This document shows positions 60,613 through 64,000 of a stretch of DNA of 64,000 nt, piece after piece. Position numbers and translations under genes: made by a program. The notes beneath the pieces were generated by a model that was not told where the DNA came from, did no database searches, and saw only the letters and a program-made list of their open reading frames with translations. Origin of the DNA: an uncultured Acidimicrobiia bacterium (GTDB lineage: Bacteria > Actinomycetota > Acidimicrobiia > Spongiisociales > Spongiisociaceae); the NCBI GenBank assembly GCA_958295745.1, contig OY282370.1, positions 1,031,990 to 1,095,989 on the forward strand, in the 5' to 3' direction. Numbering within the stretch: the stretch's first letter is position 1; each line of letters starts with the position of its first letter.

Positions 60613-61067
60613 AGCCGCTACCGGAACACCGTGCACATACCCGTCCACGCGCCTTCTTCCTCCATTACCGTTCCTTGAGTACCCCGCCAAAATACCCGCT
60701 TTCGCGAAGTACCCCAACAGGGTGATTGTACCGTGCTTCTTTACAAAATGTCAATCAGTGCGGGAGTTCACAGGAATACCCCTCTGAGCAGGGGTTTTCC
60801 GGCGTAGAGGAGGGCTCGTGTCCGGTGCTCGGCGCAGTCGCGGAACCCGAAAACCGATTCGTTCGATCCGTTCGGGTGAGCTTGCCGCGGGCGCCGGCAG
60901 CGCGGCCGCCGGCGCAACGGGCGTGAGCGCCGGTCGACGATCCGGGTGCGCCGCCGCCTCAGGGTGCGTCCGGCGGGAACAAGTCTGCGGCGAGGTCGTC
61001 AGAAAAACTTTGACTGTGGTAATATCTTATCGGGAATATCGCCGACCTAGTGGGGGTTGTAACAGAT

Positions 61068-61370
61068 ATGAACGAAGCACCGCTCCTGATCTATCCGTCC
61101 GCCGCTCAGCCGGCCGTCTACGGCGCCCTGTCGTGGCGCGACCGGGCGGCCTGCGGAGACACCGACCCCAACCTGTTCTTCCCGGACGACGGGGACGTCA
61201 TCGGGACCGAGCGGGCCAAGGCGGTCTGCGCTTCCTGCCCGGTCGCCCGGCACTGCCTGTCGTTCGCGCTCGAGACCAACCAGGTCGAGGGTGTCTGGGG
61301 GGGCACCACCAAGGGCGACCGCCGCAGGCTGCGGAGGCAGCTGCTCAAGGAGTTCCGCGAAGCGGGCTGA
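61068..61370 (+). CDS. WhiB-family transcriptional regulator
   Basis: W...AAC...DP.LFFP, AKAVCASCPV...CL, GVWGG, four Cys. Confidence 0.95.
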   Translation: MNEAPLLIYPSAAQPAVYGALSWRDRAACGDTDPNLFFPDDGDVIGTERAKAVCASCPVARHCLSFALETNQVEGVWGGTTKGDRRRLRRQLLKEFREAG

Positions 61371-61451
61371 TCCCCGCCGTCTCATACCGGCGACCGGCTG
61401 CCCTCCGGCATACCGGTTGTTCTTCCCGCATCCGGTTAGCCTGAATGACAA

Positions 61452-62375
61452 ATGGGTGATTTCCTAACCGACAACGCCGCCGACCTCGGCCTGAGCCTGC
61501 TGATCTTCGTCAGCATCTTCACGCTGCGGTACATGGTGATGCGCACCGTGATGGTGCGTCTGCAGGACTCGGGCGGGATATTCCGGGCTCGGAGGGTATC
61601 CCTCTACATCTCGGTGGCCGTGTTTCTGCTCGCCTTGGGGTGGGTCTGGACGCATCAGCTGACCAACGCCGGTTCCTTCATCGGGATCCTGTCGGCGGGC
61701 GTCGCCATCGCCCTCACGGATGTGCTGAAGAACGTGGCCGGGTGGGTGTTGATCATGACCCGGCGGCCCTTCAAGGCAGGCGACCGGATCGAGATCGGCC
61801 CCCATTCGGGAGACGTGATCGACATCCGGATGTTCCGGTTCAGCCTCTTGGAGATCGGCAACTGGATCGACGCCGACCAGTCGACCGGACGCATGCTCCA
61901 TGTGCCCAACGGCCTGCTGTTCTCCGAGCCGATGGCCAACTACACGGAGGGGTTTCCCTTCATCTGGCACGAGGTCCCGGTAACGGTCACCTTCGAGAGC
62001 GACTGGGAGAGCGCCGTGGAGATGGTGCAGGGGGTGATCGAACTTCATGCCGCCGATCCCGTGGAATCAGGGGCGGCGGCCTACCTGGAGAAGGCGGCGA
62101 GCCAGTACTTCATCCACTACCGGTATCTGACGCCCACCGTGTATGTGAAAGCCATCGACTTCGGGATCCAGGTGACCGGCCGCCTGCTGGTGCCGGCGCG
62201 GAGCCGCCGCGACGCCAATTCCAAGATCTGGCAGGATCTGCTCAGGAGGATCGAAGCGGCGCCGAACATCGATCTGGCCTACCCGACCACCCGTTTCTAC
62301 AGGGCGGACCTGGAAGGCGCCGCACCCCCTACCGCTACCGTATCCCGCGAAACAGGAAAGGCAGGTCGAGGATGA
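61452..62375 (+). CDS. MscS-family mechanosensitive channel
   Basis: TM helices, GVAIAL.D.L.N..G, RPFKAGDRIEIG, TGR...VPN, WHEV.V.VTFESDW. Confidence 0.92.
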   Translation: MGDFLTDNAADLGLSLLIFVSIFTLRYMVMRTVMVRLQDSGGIFRARRVSLYISVAVFLLALGWVWTHQLTNAGSFIGILSAGVAIALTDVLKNVAGWVLIMTRRPFKAGDRIEIGPHSGDVIDIRMFRFSLLEIGNWIDADQSTGRMLHVPNGLLFSEPMANYTEGFPFIWHEVPVTVTFESDWESAVEMVQGVIELHAADPVESGAAAYLEKAASQYFIHYRYLTPTVYVKAIDFGIQVTGRLLVPARSRRDANSKIWQDLLRRIEAAPNIDLAYPTTRFYRADLEGAAPPTATVSRETGKAGRG

Positions 62376-63097
62376 CCGAACGCATCTACTCCACCGACTC
62401 CTACGCCGCAGAGATGTCCGCCGAGGTGGTGGCCGCCGACCGCGACGACCGACGGGTGCTGCTAGACCGGACGGTTTTCTATCCGGGAGGCGGCGGCCAA
62501 CCGATCGACCAAGGAGCTCTCTGGGTGGGGGACGACCGCTTGGAGGTGGTGAAGGTAACCCAGGACGCAGACGGAGTATGGCACTGGCTAGACGAGGGCG
62601 TACCCGGTGTAGGAACCCAGGTCGAAGGCCGGATCGACTGGGAGCGGCGCTACCTGCTGATGCGCACCCACACCTCGCTGCATGCTCTCTGCGGGGTAGT
62701 CTGGGATTGGTTCCGCAGCCCCGTAACCGGCGGCAACATGGAACCAGGCCGCGGCCGCCTGGACTTCGAGCTACCCAACTGGGACCCCGACAAACGAGGC
62801 CCACTAGAGGAAGCATTGAACGCCGCCATAGCCCGCCACCACCCCATAGAGGTCTCGTTCCTCCCCCGCAAAGAAGCCGACGCCGACCCAAGCCTGATCC
62901 GCACCAAAGTAAACCTGATCCCAAAGTCCATCCAAAAGATCCGAGTAATAGACCTAGTAGGCCTAGACCGCCAAGCAGACGGCGGCACCCACGTAAAGTC
63001 AACCGCCGAAGTAGGCCAAGTAAAGATAACCAAAGTACAATCCAAAGGCCGAGGCTTCAGAAGAATCCGCCTAGCCCTAAACAACCCAAAAACCTAA
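62372..63097 (+). CDS. AlaX-type alanyl-tRNA editing protein
   Basis: LDRTVFYPGGGGQP.D.G, MRTHT.LH, D.QADGGTHV..T.EVG. Confidence 0.93.
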   Translation: MTERIYSTDSYAAEMSAEVVAADRDDRRVLLDRTVFYPGGGGQPIDQGALWVGDDRLEVVKVTQDADGVWHWLDEGVPGVGTQVEGRIDWERRYLLMRTHTSLHALCGVVWDWFRSPVTGGNMEPGRGRLDFELPNWDPDKRGPLEEALNAAIARHHPIEVSFLPRKEADADPSLIRTKVNLIPKSIQKIRVIDLVGLDRQADGGTHVKSTAEVGQVKITKVQSKGRGFRRIRLALNNPKT

Positions 63098-63290
63098 GAA
63101 AAACCAAAGACGCCGCCCCGCCAGGGAAATCCAAAACCGAAACCCCTCCGTTCGACTGACGATATGTCTAGCAATCACCGGAACCACCCGCCAGAATCGC
63201 CCGCCATCACCCCATGCCCCCCGCTGAACCCGACGGCTATACCAGATACAACCCCCACCGGCCGAAACCGCCAAACCGCCATCCACCCGA

Positions 63291-63710
63291 TGTCCCATGT
63301 CCCATGCCCCCGCTACCCACCGTCCCCATACCCCCGCTACCCGCCGTCCCCATACCCCCGCTACCCGCCGTCCCCATACCCCCGCTACCCGCCGTTTTTC
63401 GCGTTCTGCCCGCGAAAACCCCGGCTTCGCCGGGACCCTCCCCCGCCACCACCGCCAAAGAAGATTCCCGCTGTGGACGGCGCGTCCGCACCGCCCGCCG
63501 CCGAAGTTCAGCCGCCCGGCTAGTTTCAGCGCCCGCCTCAGTAAGCCGTCGGCCCCTGAAGGGTCCGGCGGCCCGCCGGGACAGAACGCTGCCTATGATC
63601 ACAGATGCCCGGACACCTGCGATATCCATCTCCCATAATATATACCACAAGGCTATGACAACACCAAGACCCTTGTCGAGCATCCCGCCCGATTTTTTTC
63701 GCGAGGAGAA
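63291..63710 (-). mobile_element. Diverged ORF-less relative of the DUF222 element
   Basis: Minus strand shares GAAAAAAATC, TGTCAT-N10-TATATA, GGTGG.GGCGGGGG.GGG.CC, a GCGAAGC hairpin and CGCGAAAAACGGCGGGTAGCGG with the other copies. Confidence 0.65.
63301..63395. repeat. 24-bp tandem repeat x4 (CCCATACCCCCGCTACCCGCCGTC)
   Basis: Directly visible; no spacers. Confidence 0.92.
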
Positions 63711-64000
63711 ATCATCCCCGCCCGATCCGGTAGCGTTGCCCCAGACGAGGTTGCTTCTCTGCGAAATGCTCACCAGAGAACCCGACGGCTATGCCGTCTG
63801 CAGCCGCCACCAAACCACCCGCCCCCATCACCCCATCCTCACCAACGAACCCGACGACAACGCCAGCAAAAACCACCCCGCCAGAATCGCCCGCCATCGC
63901 CCCATGCCCCCCGCTGAACCCGACGGCTATGCCAGATACAACCCCCACCGGCCGAAACCACCAAACCGCCATCCACCCGACGCCCCTGCTGCCCGCCGTT

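Larger units (their letters stand above)
63183..63980. repeat. ~108 bp direct repeat at 690 bp offset (63183-63290 / 63872-63980)
   Basis: CCAGAATCGCCCGCCATC...AAACCGCCATCCACCCGA present twice with few mismatches. Confidence 0.9.

Noticed and set aside
61010-61040. TTGACT -35 upstream of whiB
   Set aside because: No convincing -10 at 16-18 bp spacing.
63301-63395. 24 bp repeats (and those at 31661-31785) as a CRISPR array
   Set aside because: Units are contiguous with no unique spacers, and no cas genes are in the window.

Overview
GC-rich actinobacterial chromosome segment. WhiB, DUF222-HNH, Cys-rich SLH surface proteins, a plant-type LRR protein and a giant Calx-beta-like adhesin suggest an Acidimicrobiia-type, possibly host-associated organism (inference). 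In order, the window holds: a BMP/ABC + mtnA + cupin/SDR/aldolase cluster; an IS3 remnant; an SLH-Ig-CAP gene; an MBL hydrolase; a DRG-like GTPase; the rpsF-ssb-rpsR-rplI-dnaB block; a glutamine cyclotransferase; an SDR; an Opp-type ABC operon; DUF5131-TcmP; an LRR-SLH gene; a DUF222-HNH element; a ~9,500 aa SLH-anchored repeat adhesin; whiB; mscS; alaX. The most notable signal is the DUF222-HNH gene. It sits inside a repeated element that also occurs as an ORF-less near-identical copy (26.4-26.9 kb) and as a diverged ORF-less copy (63.3-63.7 kb). The conserved, hairpin-rich 3' non-coding segment has its own TGTCAC-N10-TACGGT promoter-like motif, shared with ssb, dnaB and DUF5131 and resembling the PafBC DNA-damage promoter. 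Each copy faces a convergent host gene whose 3' end is shifted toward A-ending codons. This is a candidate damage-inducible HNH + ncRNA mobile system.
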